Below the pieces are notes generated by a model that did no database searches, was not told the origin of the DNA, and saw only the letters and a list, made by a program, of their open reading frames with translations. The translations under genes and the position numbers were made by a program. From positions 1,919 to 65,918 of the forward strand of contig CAZHBA010000066.1 of NCBI GenBank assembly GCA_964530225.1: a DNA stretch of 64,000 bases, written 5' to 3'. This DNA is from an uncultured Rhodospirillaceae bacterium. Its GTDB lineage: Bacteria; Pseudomonadota; Alphaproteobacteria; UBA6615. Positions within the stretch are counted from its first letter, which is position 1. Every line of letters starts with the position of its first letter. Shown piece after piece: positions 19,672 through 31,349 of this stretch.

Positions 19672-20469
19672 TTACCGTGTTGTCGCGGAAGAACGCTGCT
19701 TGAGTGCCGGTTCTGCGTCGAGCTCAAGCCCGATCATCGGGGCCGCTTTCGTGGGTTTGAGACCGCCGTTCCTGATTTCAGACTCGCGACGTTGGCCGTA
19801 GAGACTGCGCACGGCGGCATAGTGGTCAACTGAATTTCTCTGTAGGTCGCGCACCTGCTCAAAGTTGCCCGCGCGTAACACGATGGCAGAACCGATCCCG
19901 CGCCCGATAGCTACCTCGGTGCCGGCAACGATACCAAGGGGGTCGACGAAGAAATCGACGATGGTACCCGACGTGTCGCGGAGATTCGACGGTCCCAGGA
20001 CCGGTAGCATGATGTAAGGACCCGTGCCGGTGCCCCAGGCACCAAGCGTTTGTCCGGCGTCTTCGTGGACTGGTGCGCGGTCAGGATCCGGGTTGCTAAG
20101 AAGTAATGCTGGCACGCTGGCAACGAAACGCATTGCGGCCTGTTCGGCTCGGTCGAAGTCGCCTTGAAGCATCGCGTGGAGGCAGCTCAAAGGCATGAAC
20201 AAATTGGTGAAGAAATTATTAATCGGCACTTTGAGCTCGTCGGGCACCAGATCGTGATAGGTAACCGCGGCCGGCTGGAGGACAAGTTGGTCCACGCCGA
20301 TATTGAACGCAAAGATAAACCGGTTGGGTAGCTCAAGGGGATCGTTTGTGGTTTCTTCGTCGGCTGGTGTGCTGGATTCATCAGACGGCGCGAAAGCGCA
20401 AGCGGTCAACAATCCAGCCAGCAATGCAACGCCAATAATATGGCCAAACCTGCGCTTGTAGAACGGCAT
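19672..20469 (-). CDS. mlaA: MlaA/VacJ outer-membrane lipoprotein
   Basis: Lipobox LLTAC, DPLE..NR.IF.FN, EDAGQTLGAWG..GPYIMLPVLGPSNLRD. Confidence 0.92.
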   Translation of the reverse strand: MPFYKRRFGHIIGVALLAGLLTACAFAPSDESSTPADEETTNDPLELPNRFIFAFNIGVDQLVLQPAAVTYHDLVPDELKVPINNFFTNLFMPLSCLHAMLQGDFDRAEQAAMRFVASVPALLLSNPDPDRAPVHEDAGQTLGAWGTGTGPYIMLPVLGPSNLRDTSGTIVDFFVDPLGIVAGTEVAIGRGIGSAIVLRAGNFEQVRDLQRNSVDHYAAVRSLYGQRRESEIRNGGLKPTKAAPMIGLELDAEPALKQRSSATTR

Positions 20470-20756
20470 CAACACCCCTCGATCAAACTGCCCATCCCGT
20501 TGGTGCAATGGCGCCAAATGCACGCATGACCTTATTGCGTTGCTGCCACACCTCGCCGTCGCCACACTAATGGAGGGCTAATCCACACGGCGAAACGGGT
20601 CATTGCAACACCAAACACTAGCATTCTTGCTACCACAGGTCCCTCTGTAACGCTAGTAAACATGCGGAATAAAACGTTATGGCGAAATAGATGTTGCAAA
20701 AATACACCACTGCGTCCGATTGGTTGGGGTTGATTAATTTACCCCTTAAAGTCAGT

Positions 20757-20778
20757 TATATAAATACATTGTTATATA
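20757..20778. promoter_or_regulatory. Palindromic operator, putative SahR box
   Basis: TATATAA-ATACATTG-TTATATA perfect inverted arms about 55 bp upstream of the ArsR-methyltransferase gene; SahR-family operators are about 20-bp AT-rich palindromes. Confidence 0.7.
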
Positions 20779-20831
20779 TTTAAGTTAAAAGATAACCTGA
20801 TCTTGGTCTTAGCCTGAAGCGGTATATCTCG

Positions 20832-22730
20832 ATGGATCAACTTCTTACAGGATTACGCGCAGTAGCAGAGCCGACTCGGTTGCGAATTCTCACCTTGTGT
20901 TTGTGCGGCGAGCTTACCGCTAGCGAGCTCACCCGTATTCTCGGCCAAAGCCAGCCGCGGGTCTCGCGCCATTTGAAATTGCTGTGCGAAGCGGGTCTGC
21001 TGGACCGGGTGCAAGAAGGCACTTGGGCGTTTTTCCACATCCCCCCAACGGGGCGCGGTGCTGAGTTGGTGCGCACCTTGGTTGACCAAGTTTCCCAAGA
21101 CGACACCACCGTCGCGCGCGATTTGCAGTGGCTTGAAGTGATCAAAGAGGAGCGCGCCGAACGGGCCAACAGTTACTTCAGCAAAAACGCGGAGAGTTGG
21201 AACCGTATTCGCGCCCTTCATGTCGACGAGGCCGAAGTCGAGCAGGCGCTTGTCGAAATGCTACCATCGAAACGCGCGAAACGGTTACTTGATATTGGCA
21301 CTGGCACCGGCCGTATTTTGCAACTTCTCGAAGGCCATGCCAAACACGGTCTGGGTATTGATTCCTCCCGCGAAATGCTGGCGGTTGCTCGCGCAAATCT
21401 GGCTGACCTCCGTTACGCCCACTACACATTACGACAGGCGGACATGTATCAACTGCCGGTGTCCGAAGAATCCTTCGACCTGATTGTGCTCCATATGGTT
21501 CTGCATTTCTCGGACCGGCCTGCCGAGGTGATTGCCGAGGCGGCGCGTGCGTTGGCCTCTGGCGGCCATTTTTTGATCGTCGACTTTGCACCCCATTCGA
21601 TGGAGGAACTGCGTGACGAGCACGCTCATCGCCGCCTCGGGTTCGCCCGCGATGAAGTCGAGTCATGGTGCCGCGACAATGATCTCGACGTCACCGAAGT
21701 GCGTGATCTGGAGGGTGATCCGCTGACCGTTTCCATATGGAAATCTCGCCGGCCCGCCGCGGTCGTCCGGTCACGGCAACCTTCTGCTGCACAAGACGCG
21801 GCACAGGGAACGGAACGGACAATGGCGCATCCCTCTCAACATATATCGGACAATATTTCGGTGAGCTTCGAGTTCTTTCCGCCGAAAACCGCCGAAGCCG
21901 AGAGCGCGTTGTGGGATACGGTTTGCCGTCTGGCGCCGCTGCAACCAGCATTCGTGTCGGTTACCTACGGTGCCGGTGGAACGACGCGCGAGCATACCCA
22001 CGCCACAGTCACGCGGATTGCGCGCGAGACGGCACTCACGCCAGCCGCGCATCTCACATGCGTAGACGCGACACGAGGCGAGGTCGACGATATTGCCCGC
22101 CAGTATTGGGATACTGGGATCCGACATCTGGTAGCGCTGCGCGGCGATCCGCCGGACGGCGCTGGCAGTTACAGTCCAGCAACGGGCGGCTATGCGTATG
22201 CCAGCGACCTTGTGGCCGGTTTGTGCAAGGTGGCCGATTTCGAGATTTCGGTCGCAGCTTATCCGGAGGTACATCCCGATGCGCCGAGCCCAACTTTCGA
22301 CTTCGACAACCTGAAACGTAAAATCGATGCCGGCGCGAGCCGCGCCATCACCCAATTCTTTTTTGATAACTCGGCGTATCTGCGGTTCCGCGATGCCGTT
22401 GCCGCGGCCGGCATCGACGCGCCGCTGGTTCCCGGCATCATGCCGGTCACGAATTTTAGCGGCATCCTCCGGTTTGCTGAGCGATGCGGTGCATCTATTC
22501 CAGCCAGGCTGGCGGACGCCTTCGCCGGCCTTGACGATGATGCTGACGGGCGCCGGCGCATCGCCGAAGAAATCGCCTGTGATCAATGCCTCGATCTCGC
22601 CGAGCACGGCGTGTGCGAGTTTCATTTTTACACCTTGAATCGCGCTGAATTGACAGCGGCTATTTGTCAGCGATTAGGAGTTGTAACGACGGAAGCGCCG
22701 TTGAGTAAGAAATTGGAGGCGGCTCGATGA
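20832..22730 (+). CDS. metF: In-frame fusion of a SahR-type regulator (ArsR HTH + SAM-methyltransferase domain) and 5,10-methylenetetrahydrofolate reductase MetF
   Basis: aa 1-90 AEPTRLRIL...SQPRVSRHLKLL; LDIGTGTG motif I; from Met331 (ATG 21822) VSFEFFPPK, VTYGAGG, AHLTC, LRGD, AYPE, ITQFFF, HFYTLN; no stop codon between the parts. Confidence 0.9.
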   Translation: MDQLLTGLRAVAEPTRLRILTLCLCGELTASELTRILGQSQPRVSRHLKLLCEAGLLDRVQEGTWAFFHIPPTGRGAELVRTLVDQVSQDDTTVARDLQWLEVIKEERAERANSYFSKNAESWNRIRALHVDEAEVEQALVEMLPSKRAKRLLDIGTGTGRILQLLEGHAKHGLGIDSSREMLAVARANLADLRYAHYTLRQADMYQLPVSEESFDLIVLHMVLHFSDRPAEVIAEAARALASGGHFLIVDFAPHSMEELRDEHAHRRLGFARDEVESWCRDNDLDVTEVRDLEGDPLTVSIWKSRRPAAVVRSRQPSAAQDAAQGTERTMAHPSQHISDNISVSFEFFPPKTAEAESALWDTVCRLAPLQPAFVSVTYGAGGTTREHTHATVTRIARETALTPAAHLTCVDATRGEVDDIARQYWDTGIRHLVALRGDPPDGAGSYSPATGGYAYASDLVAGLCKVADFEISVAAYPEVHPDAPSPTFDFDNLKRKIDAGASRAITQFFFDNSAYLRFRDAVAAAGIDAPLVPGIMPVTNFSGILRFAERCGASIPARLADAFAGLDDDADGRRRIAEEIACDQCLDLAEHGVCEFHFYTLNRAELTAAICQRLGVVTTEAPLSKKLEAAR

Positions 22731-23787
22731 CACGCGAGGAACGATTTGCCGCGCTTGCCACCGAAGTGAAAGATCGCATCCTGGTTTTGGACGGCGCCAT
22801 GGGCACCGAGGTTCAGGCCCTGAACCTCAGCGAAGCCGAGGTTCGCGGCGATCGCTTTGCCGATCACGGTCAAGATCTCAAGGGGAACCACGATATTTTG
22901 AACCTCACGGCGCCCGAACTCATTCAGAAAATCCATGAGAGTTACTTCGGTGCTGGCGCCGATATTGTTGCGACCAACACGTTCAATTCGTCGGTCATAT
23001 CGCAAGCTGATTACGGTACCCAGGATTACGTCTACGAAATAAACTGGGCTGGTGCGCAACTGGCCCGCGCTTCCGCCGAAGCGACAATGGCGGCCGAGGC
23101 TGGCAGGCGATGCTGGGTCGCCGGCGCCATCGGGCCAACCAATAAAACCGCTTCCATATCTCCCGATGTCGAAGATCCGGGTTTTCGGGCGGTTACGTTT
23201 GACGAACTTAAAGACGCCTACAAAGAGGCCGCGCGCGGCTTGATCGACTGCGAGGTTGATCTACTTTTGATCGAAACCATATTCGATACGCTCAACGCTA
23301 AGGCCTGCCTTTTCGGCATTGACGAATTGTTTTCAGAATACAATTATACCGTTCCAGTTATGGTTTCAGGAACGATCACAGACCTCTCCGGCCGAACCCT
23401 AACAGGGCAGACCCCAGAGGCTTTCTGGCATTCTCTGCGCCATGCCGAACCGTTCTCGGTCGGGCTAAACTGTTCGTTGGGCGCACGTGAAATGAGATCA
23501 TATTTGGCAGAGATTGCCCGGGTTGCCGACACGCTGGTCTGCGCCTACCCCAATGCTGGGCTGCCCAATGAATTTGGCCAATACGACGAAGGGCCTGATG
23601 GCACTGCCGAACATGTTTTCGAATGGGCGGACAGTGGCCTGGTTAATATCGTCGGCGGCTGTTGCGGCACCACGCCGGCCCATATCCGCGCGATCAAGGA
23701 AAGGGTAGCAAATGTCGTACCCCGTCAGATCCCCGAGGCCGAAGCGGCGATGCGTTTGTCAGGGCTGGAGGCGTTTTCGATACGGAC

Positions 23788-23791
<4 letters not shown>
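22727..23791 (+). CDS. metH: Methionine synthase N-terminal module (homocysteine-binding domain) of a split MetH
   Basis: [39 protein letters not shown]; ATGA overlaps at both ends. Confidence 0.93.
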
Positions 23792-26463
<2,672 letters not shown>

Positions 26464-26471
26464 TCTATGCA

Positions 26472-27632
26472 TCAAAGGGTCAGCCCCGGATCGCAACCGG
26501 TGGGTAGGTGCTTGGCCGCCCGGCTGTATTGTGCGGCCAACCAAGGGATGTATTTTTCCGCGTTAATCGCTAGCGATTTCAGCCATTCCGGTAGGAAAAT
26601 TGTGGCGCCGTAAACCCGCGTCCATCGTTGTGTGTGCTCGGTCAGTGGACGTTCGCGGTATTCCCACAGCTCCAGCGCGTTGGCCAAATCCGGCGCTTCG
26701 CCGACGGCGGCTGCGAGCCCCAATCCGTTCATCATCGCATGACCTGCTCCTTGCCCGAGATAGGGTGGCATCGCGTGTGCGGCATCGCCGAGAATGGCAA
26801 CGCGCCCCTCAGACCAACGTTTTAAGCGGATTGTCTGGAAGAGAACCCACCGGCATTCGTTCCAATCGGTGTCGCACGCGACTCGTTCGAGTAGCGAGCC
26901 CATTGTTGGAAAAGACTGCTGCCATGCGCCAACATCGATCGGTGTTGCACGGGCGGCCGTGTCGCGTTCCATGCAAGTGAGGATAACGTAAATTTCAGAC
27001 TGCGAATTCGGGCAATAGAGAATACGCCGTTTGTTCGACCAGGCTTCGATCATCGCCGTTCCGTCGTGCTCGTCGGTGGCGATGTCTTCGGGCAAGCGCG
27101 GGATGACCATTCGCACGCCGCCTTCGTTTTGCCAGACTTGGCTATCTATCAGACCCAACGACTCGCGGATGACCGAGTTGATGCCGTCGGCGGCGACGAT
27201 AAGATCGGCGTGGCGAGTTTCTCCACTACCGAGCACGATATCGCCGTCGGGGGTGGCGTCGATGACGGTCGATCCAGTGACAATTTCGACGCCGCATTGC
27301 CGTGCCCGTTGGGCAAGCAGGGAGACGATATGGCGGCGGCTGATGCGGTAGCGACCGAGCCCGGTTTTAAGGCTTAAAACCACACCGCCGGCGCCGTTTA
27401 TCGAATCGCGCCGGTCGATCTCCATGCCGCCGGCGAGGATCTCATCGAGAATGCCCAAGGTGGCGAAGACGCGGGTCATGTTGTCCTGGATGGCAATGCC
27501 GTAGCCTTCGACATGCAGTGCCTGACGCCGCTCATGCACCCGTACGGTCCACCCCCGGTCTGCTAATCCGATCGCGGCGACGAGGCCGCCAAAGCCGGCG
27601 CCGGCGATTTCAGCGTGGCCAGATGGCGCCAT
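26472..27632 (-). CDS. FAD-dependent monooxygenase, MHPCO (2-methyl-3-hydroxypyridine-5-carboxylate oxygenase)-like
   Basis: AEIAGAGFGGL, ADLIVAADG, RILYCP, GDAAHAMPPYLGQGAGHAM; layout resembles MHPCO. Confidence 0.75.
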   Translation of the reverse strand: MAPSGHAEIAGAGFGGLVAAIGLADRGWTVRVHERRQALHVEGYGIAIQDNMTRVFATLGILDEILAGGMEIDRRDSINGAGGVVLSLKTGLGRYRISRRHIVSLLAQRARQCGVEIVTGSTVIDATPDGDIVLGSGETRHADLIVAADGINSVIRESLGLIDSQVWQNEGGVRMVIPRLPEDIATDEHDGTAMIEAWSNKRRILYCPNSQSEIYVILTCMERDTAARATPIDVGAWQQSFPTMGSLLERVACDTDWNECRWVLFQTIRLKRWSEGRVAILGDAAHAMPPYLGQGAGHAMMNGLGLAAAVGEAPDLANALELWEYRERPLTEHTQRWTRVYGATIFLPEWLKSLAINAEKYIPWLAAQYSRAAKHLPTGCDPGLTL

Positions 27633-27669
27633 GTTTCTCTCCGTAAACTGTTATCTTCGAGAGTTTCCA

Positions 27670-27990
27670 CTACGGCGAAACCCAATATCCAGCTTCCAGA
27701 ATAAGATAGCCGATCGTCAGCACCAATCCATCGTCGGAAATGACGGCCCCGCTACCCTGGCGGCGGGTGCCAAGGGTGCTGGTGGTGCGGGCATTACCAG
27801 GAATTTGTGCGTCGATGCCGACGACAGCATCGAGCAATTTGGTCGAACTGGATCGGGATTGTGCGGTGACATGGCTGGATATACCGGCGGCCGTGATTGC
27901 AAATATGGTCGCCACTGCCAAGATTGTGCGCATGTTCGCACCGATACGTGCCGCTGTGCGTGGCATAACGGGCCAATGATCCATTATCAT
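27670..27990 (-). pseudogene. Truncated S1C (HtrA-like) serine protease
   Basis: Signal peptide + AVVGIDAQIP..ART..TLGTRRQGSGAVISDDGLVLTIGYLILEA, then stop; most of the protease domain is missing. Confidence 0.7.
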
Positions 27991-28132
27991 GTCCCCTTTT
28001 CGCTAGGGGGGTGAGTCCCACCAATATAAAGATTAGCACTGGAGTCGCCGTTCCGATACGCGATCAAGCGATTGTTTACACACCCTACACATCGGCGACT
28101 CATGGCCTGGCAGTGATATAATAAAGTTTCTG

Positions 28133-30418
28133 ATGACCGACCCGTTTCACATCGAAGACGAAGAGCCACAGCCGGTTTCGGCTGTTGCAGAGAGTGCTGA
28201 TGCGCCTTATCTAATGCAACTCAACGAGGCTCAACGCGACGCGGTGGAGGCGCTCGATGGGCCGACCCTGGTGCTGGCAGGAGCGGGGACGGGAAAAACC
28301 CGCGTTTTGACCACTCGTCTTGCCCATTTGCTGCGGTTACGTCGGGTGCGGCCCTACGAGGTGCTGGCAGTCACCTTCACCAACAAGGCAGCGCGTGAAA
28401 TGCGCGAGCGGGTGGCCGATTTAGTTGGTGGCCCAGCCGAGGCGATCTGGCTCGGAACGTTCCACGCGCTCGGCGCGCGCATGTTGCGCCGCCATGGCGA
28501 GTTGGTCAACCTGCAGAGTAATTTCACCATTCTCGACACCGATGATCAGGTCCGACTGTTAAAGCAGATTCTTGAAGCCAGCAACATCGACAGCAAGCGC
28601 TGGTCGGCGCGGGTGTTGATGGGCGTTATACAGCGCTGGAAAGACCGCGGGCTGACACCCGACAAGGTAACGGCCGCCGAAGCCGGCGATTTGGCCAATG
28701 GCCGGCTGGTTACTCTTTACGAAGAGTATCAAGAGCGTCTGCGCACGCTGAACGTCGCCGATTTCGGCGATCTGCTGCTCCATTGCCTGACCATTTTCGC
28801 TGACCACACCGATGTGCTCGAGGAATATCAGCAGCGCTTTCGCTACATCCTGGTCGACGAATATCAGGACACCAATGTGGCGCAATATCTGTGGCTACGA
28901 CTGCTCGCCCAGGGCCACCACAACATCGCCTGCGTCGGCGATGACGACCAGTCAATCTACGCCTGGCGCGGCGCCGAAGTGGGCAACATTCTGCGCTTCG
29001 AGAAGGACTTTCCTGGCGCCAATGTGGTGCGGCTAGAGCAAAACTACCGCTCGACCGCGCCAATTCTTGCCGCCGCATCCAGCCTCATATCTAATAACGA
29101 GGGTCGGCTTGGCAAAACCTTGTGGACTGCGGCCGAGGGCGGTGATCCGATTATCGTGCGCGGCCTGTGGGACGGCGAAGAAGAGGCGCGCTTCGTCTCC
29201 GATCACATCGAAGTTTTGCAACGGCGTAGTCGCGACGGCACGCCGATTAACTTGCAAGACATGGCGATTTTGGTACGCGCGGGCTTTCAAACCCGTGAGT
29301 TCGAGGAACGCTTTCTCACCCTCGGCATTCCCTACCGGGTGATCGGTGGTCCGCGTTTCTACGAACGCATGGAAATCCGCAATGCCCTGGCGTATTTGCG
29401 CGTTGTCCATCAGCCCGACGACGATCTGGCGTTTGAGCGCATCGTCAACCGACCCAAGCGCGGTATCGGCAACGCTACCCTGCAAATCCTGCATGCGGTC
29501 GCGCGCGCCGACGGTATCAGCCTGTACCGGGCGTCCGCCAAAATCGTCACCACCGACGACCTGAAGCCGCGCACCCGCAGTTCGTTGGCTACTCTGATGA
29601 CCGATTTCGCCCGCTGGCGGACGCTGGCCGGTGGTGGTCCCGACACTTTGCCGCATCCTGAATTGGCGGAAACGGTGCTCGACGAGTGCGGCTACACCGA
29701 GATGTTGATGAACGATAAATCGCCGGAAGCGCCGGGGCGGTTAGAAAACTTGAAAGAGCTGATCACGGCGATGGAGGAATTCGAAAACCTCGCCGGCTTC
29801 CTCGAGCATGTCTCGCTAGTCGTGGAGAATACCGAAAACGCTGGCACCGACATGGTCAACATTATGACGCTGCACGGTGCCAAGGGCCTGGAATTTGATA
29901 CGGTGTTCTTGCCGGGCTGGGAAGAGGGGCTGTTCCCCCACCAGCGTAACATGGGTGAAAACGGCACCGCCGGCTTGGAGGAGGAGCGGCGGCTGGCCTA
30001 TGTCGGCCTGACCCGGGCCAAGCGGTCGGCGGTCGTCTCGTTCGCCGCCAACCGGCGCGTCCATGGCCAGTGGCAAAGCGCCATCCCCTCGCGTTTCATA
30101 GACGAGCTACCGTCCGAGCACGTGTTGGTCGAAAGCGAGCCGGGGCTCTACGAAGGCGGCAGCGTCGTGGCGCAAAATAAACTTAGCGGTTTCGCCCGCA
30201 ACGGCGGCGGCAGCCGGTCTCGCTGCGCGATCGAATCGGAAGCCGCTCTGATCGAAGCCAAACCGGTCGGCTTTACGGTTGGCGAGCGCGTCTTTCACCA
30301 GAAATTCGGCTATGGCCGGGTCACCTCCATTGAACGTAATAAGCTGGCGATTGCCTTCGACAAGGCCGGTGATAAGAAGGTGCTCGACAGCTTTGTCGTC
30401 GCCGCCGACGCCGTGTGA
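28133..30418 (+). CDS. uvrD: ATP-dependent DNA helicase UvrD/PcrA
   Basis: AGAGTGKT, VDEYQD, GDDDQSIY, QNYRS, KGLEF, EEERRLAYVGLTRA, C-terminal Tudor-like HQKFGYG. Confidence 0.96.
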   Translation: MTDPFHIEDEEPQPVSAVAESADAPYLMQLNEAQRDAVEALDGPTLVLAGAGTGKTRVLTTRLAHLLRLRRVRPYEVLAVTFTNKAAREMRERVADLVGGPAEAIWLGTFHALGARMLRRHGELVNLQSNFTILDTDDQVRLLKQILEASNIDSKRWSARVLMGVIQRWKDRGLTPDKVTAAEAGDLANGRLVTLYEEYQERLRTLNVADFGDLLLHCLTIFADHTDVLEEYQQRFRYILVDEYQDTNVAQYLWLRLLAQGHHNIACVGDDDQSIYAWRGAEVGNILRFEKDFPGANVVRLEQNYRSTAPILAAASSLISNNEGRLGKTLWTAAEGGDPIIVRGLWDGEEEARFVSDHIEVLQRRSRDGTPINLQDMAILVRAGFQTREFEERFLTLGIPYRVIGGPRFYERMEIRNALAYLRVVHQPDDDLAFERIVNRPKRGIGNATLQILHAVARADGISLYRASAKIVTTDDLKPRTRSSLATLMTDFARWRTLAGGGPDTLPHPELAETVLDECGYTEMLMNDKSPEAPGRLENLKELITAMEEFENLAGFLEHVSLVVENTENAGTDMVNIMTLHGAKGLEFDTVFLPGWEEGLFPHQRNMGENGTAGLEEERRLAYVGLTRAKRSAVVSFAANRRVHGQWQSAIPSRFIDELPSEHVLVESEPGLYEGGSVVAQNKLSGFARNGGGSRSRCAIESEAALIEAKPVGFTVGERVFHQKFGYGRVTSIERNKLAIAFDKAGDKKVLDSFVVAADAV

Positions 30419-31314
30419 CCGCGCCCGCCGCGTCGCCGAGTTGGAAGGTGGAGGTGGTCGTCCCGGTCGCCGCCGGCGACACTATCGCTGACGTTCTTCA
30501 AAAACATGCTGGCGCGGTTAACCTGTTTCCAGCGCCTTGCGGTGGTTCAGTGCTAATCAGCGGTTACGCCGCCGCCGAACCCGATGAACCCACGTTGCGG
30601 CACGAAATCGAAACGGCTTCGCGCGCCGTCGGTATTGCCGCGCCGGCCGTCGATGTTGTGTGGCTGCCGGCAACCGATTGGGCGGCAGCCAACCGTGAAA
30701 GTTTTGCGCCCTTATGTGTTGGTGGTGTGTGGATACGCGATTCCTACCACGACGAACCGGCGCCGGCGGGCACCGTCACCCTTGTTGTTGACGCTGCCAC
30801 GGCGTTTGGTACTGGCCACCATGGGACGACCCAGGGCTGTCTTACCGCGCTCGATCAGTTCGTCGGGAGACGGCGCCTGCTGCCATCAGGCCCCGTGCTC
30901 GATCTTGGTTGCGGCACCGGGATTTTGGGTATGGCTGCGGCCAAGCGTTTGCGCCGGCGGGTGCTGGCGAGCGATATCGATCCCGTTGCGGTGGCGATGG
31001 CGCGTTACAACGTCAAAGCGAACTGTCTGGGATCGTTGGTTCAGCCGATATGTAGCCGCGGCTACGCCGCCCATAGAATCCGCCAGGCTGGACCATATGC
31101 GTTGATCCTGTCTAACTTATTGGCGCGGCCAATAGCCCGCATGGCACCCGAGTGCGCCCGCCATCTGCGGCGTGGCGGTTACGCTGTGTTGTCGGGGATT
31201 TTGACCTCCCAGGAGCGTCCGGTGATTGCCACCCACCGCCAGCAAGGTCTGATTCTAGCAGCACGCTACCGCATCGACGGCTGGTCGACCCTGGTTGTGC
31301 GGTGCAAGCCTTGA
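30415..31314 (+). CDS. prmA: 50S ribosomal protein L11 methyltransferase
   Basis: TAFGTGHHGTT, VLDLGCGTGIL, DIDPVAV, LSGIL. Confidence 0.9.
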   Translation: MTAPAASPSWKVEVVVPVAAGDTIADVLQKHAGAVNLFPAPCGGSVLISGYAAAEPDEPTLRHEIETASRAVGIAAPAVDVVWLPATDWAAANRESFAPLCVGGVWIRDSYHDEPAPAGTVTLVVDAATAFGTGHHGTTQGCLTALDQFVGRRRLLPSGPVLDLGCGTGILGMAAAKRLRRRVLASDIDPVAVAMARYNVKANCLGSLVQPICSRGYAAHRIRQAGPYALILSNLLARPIARMAPECARHLRRGGYAVLSGILTSQERPVIATHRQQGLILAARYRIDGWSTLVVRCKP

Positions 31315-31349
31315 TTTTGCTCCGACAACCCGTCAATTAGCTTCCCAAG

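Noticed and set aside
20734-20749. TTAA-N8-TTAA as a CtrA box
   Set aside because: The spacer is 8 nt; the CtrA consensus is TTAA-N7-TTAA.
28042-28101. 9-bp inverted repeat GAGTCGCCG/CGGCGACTC upstream of uvrD
   Set aside because: It is short with a 42-nt loop and plausible by chance; it is not a LexA box.
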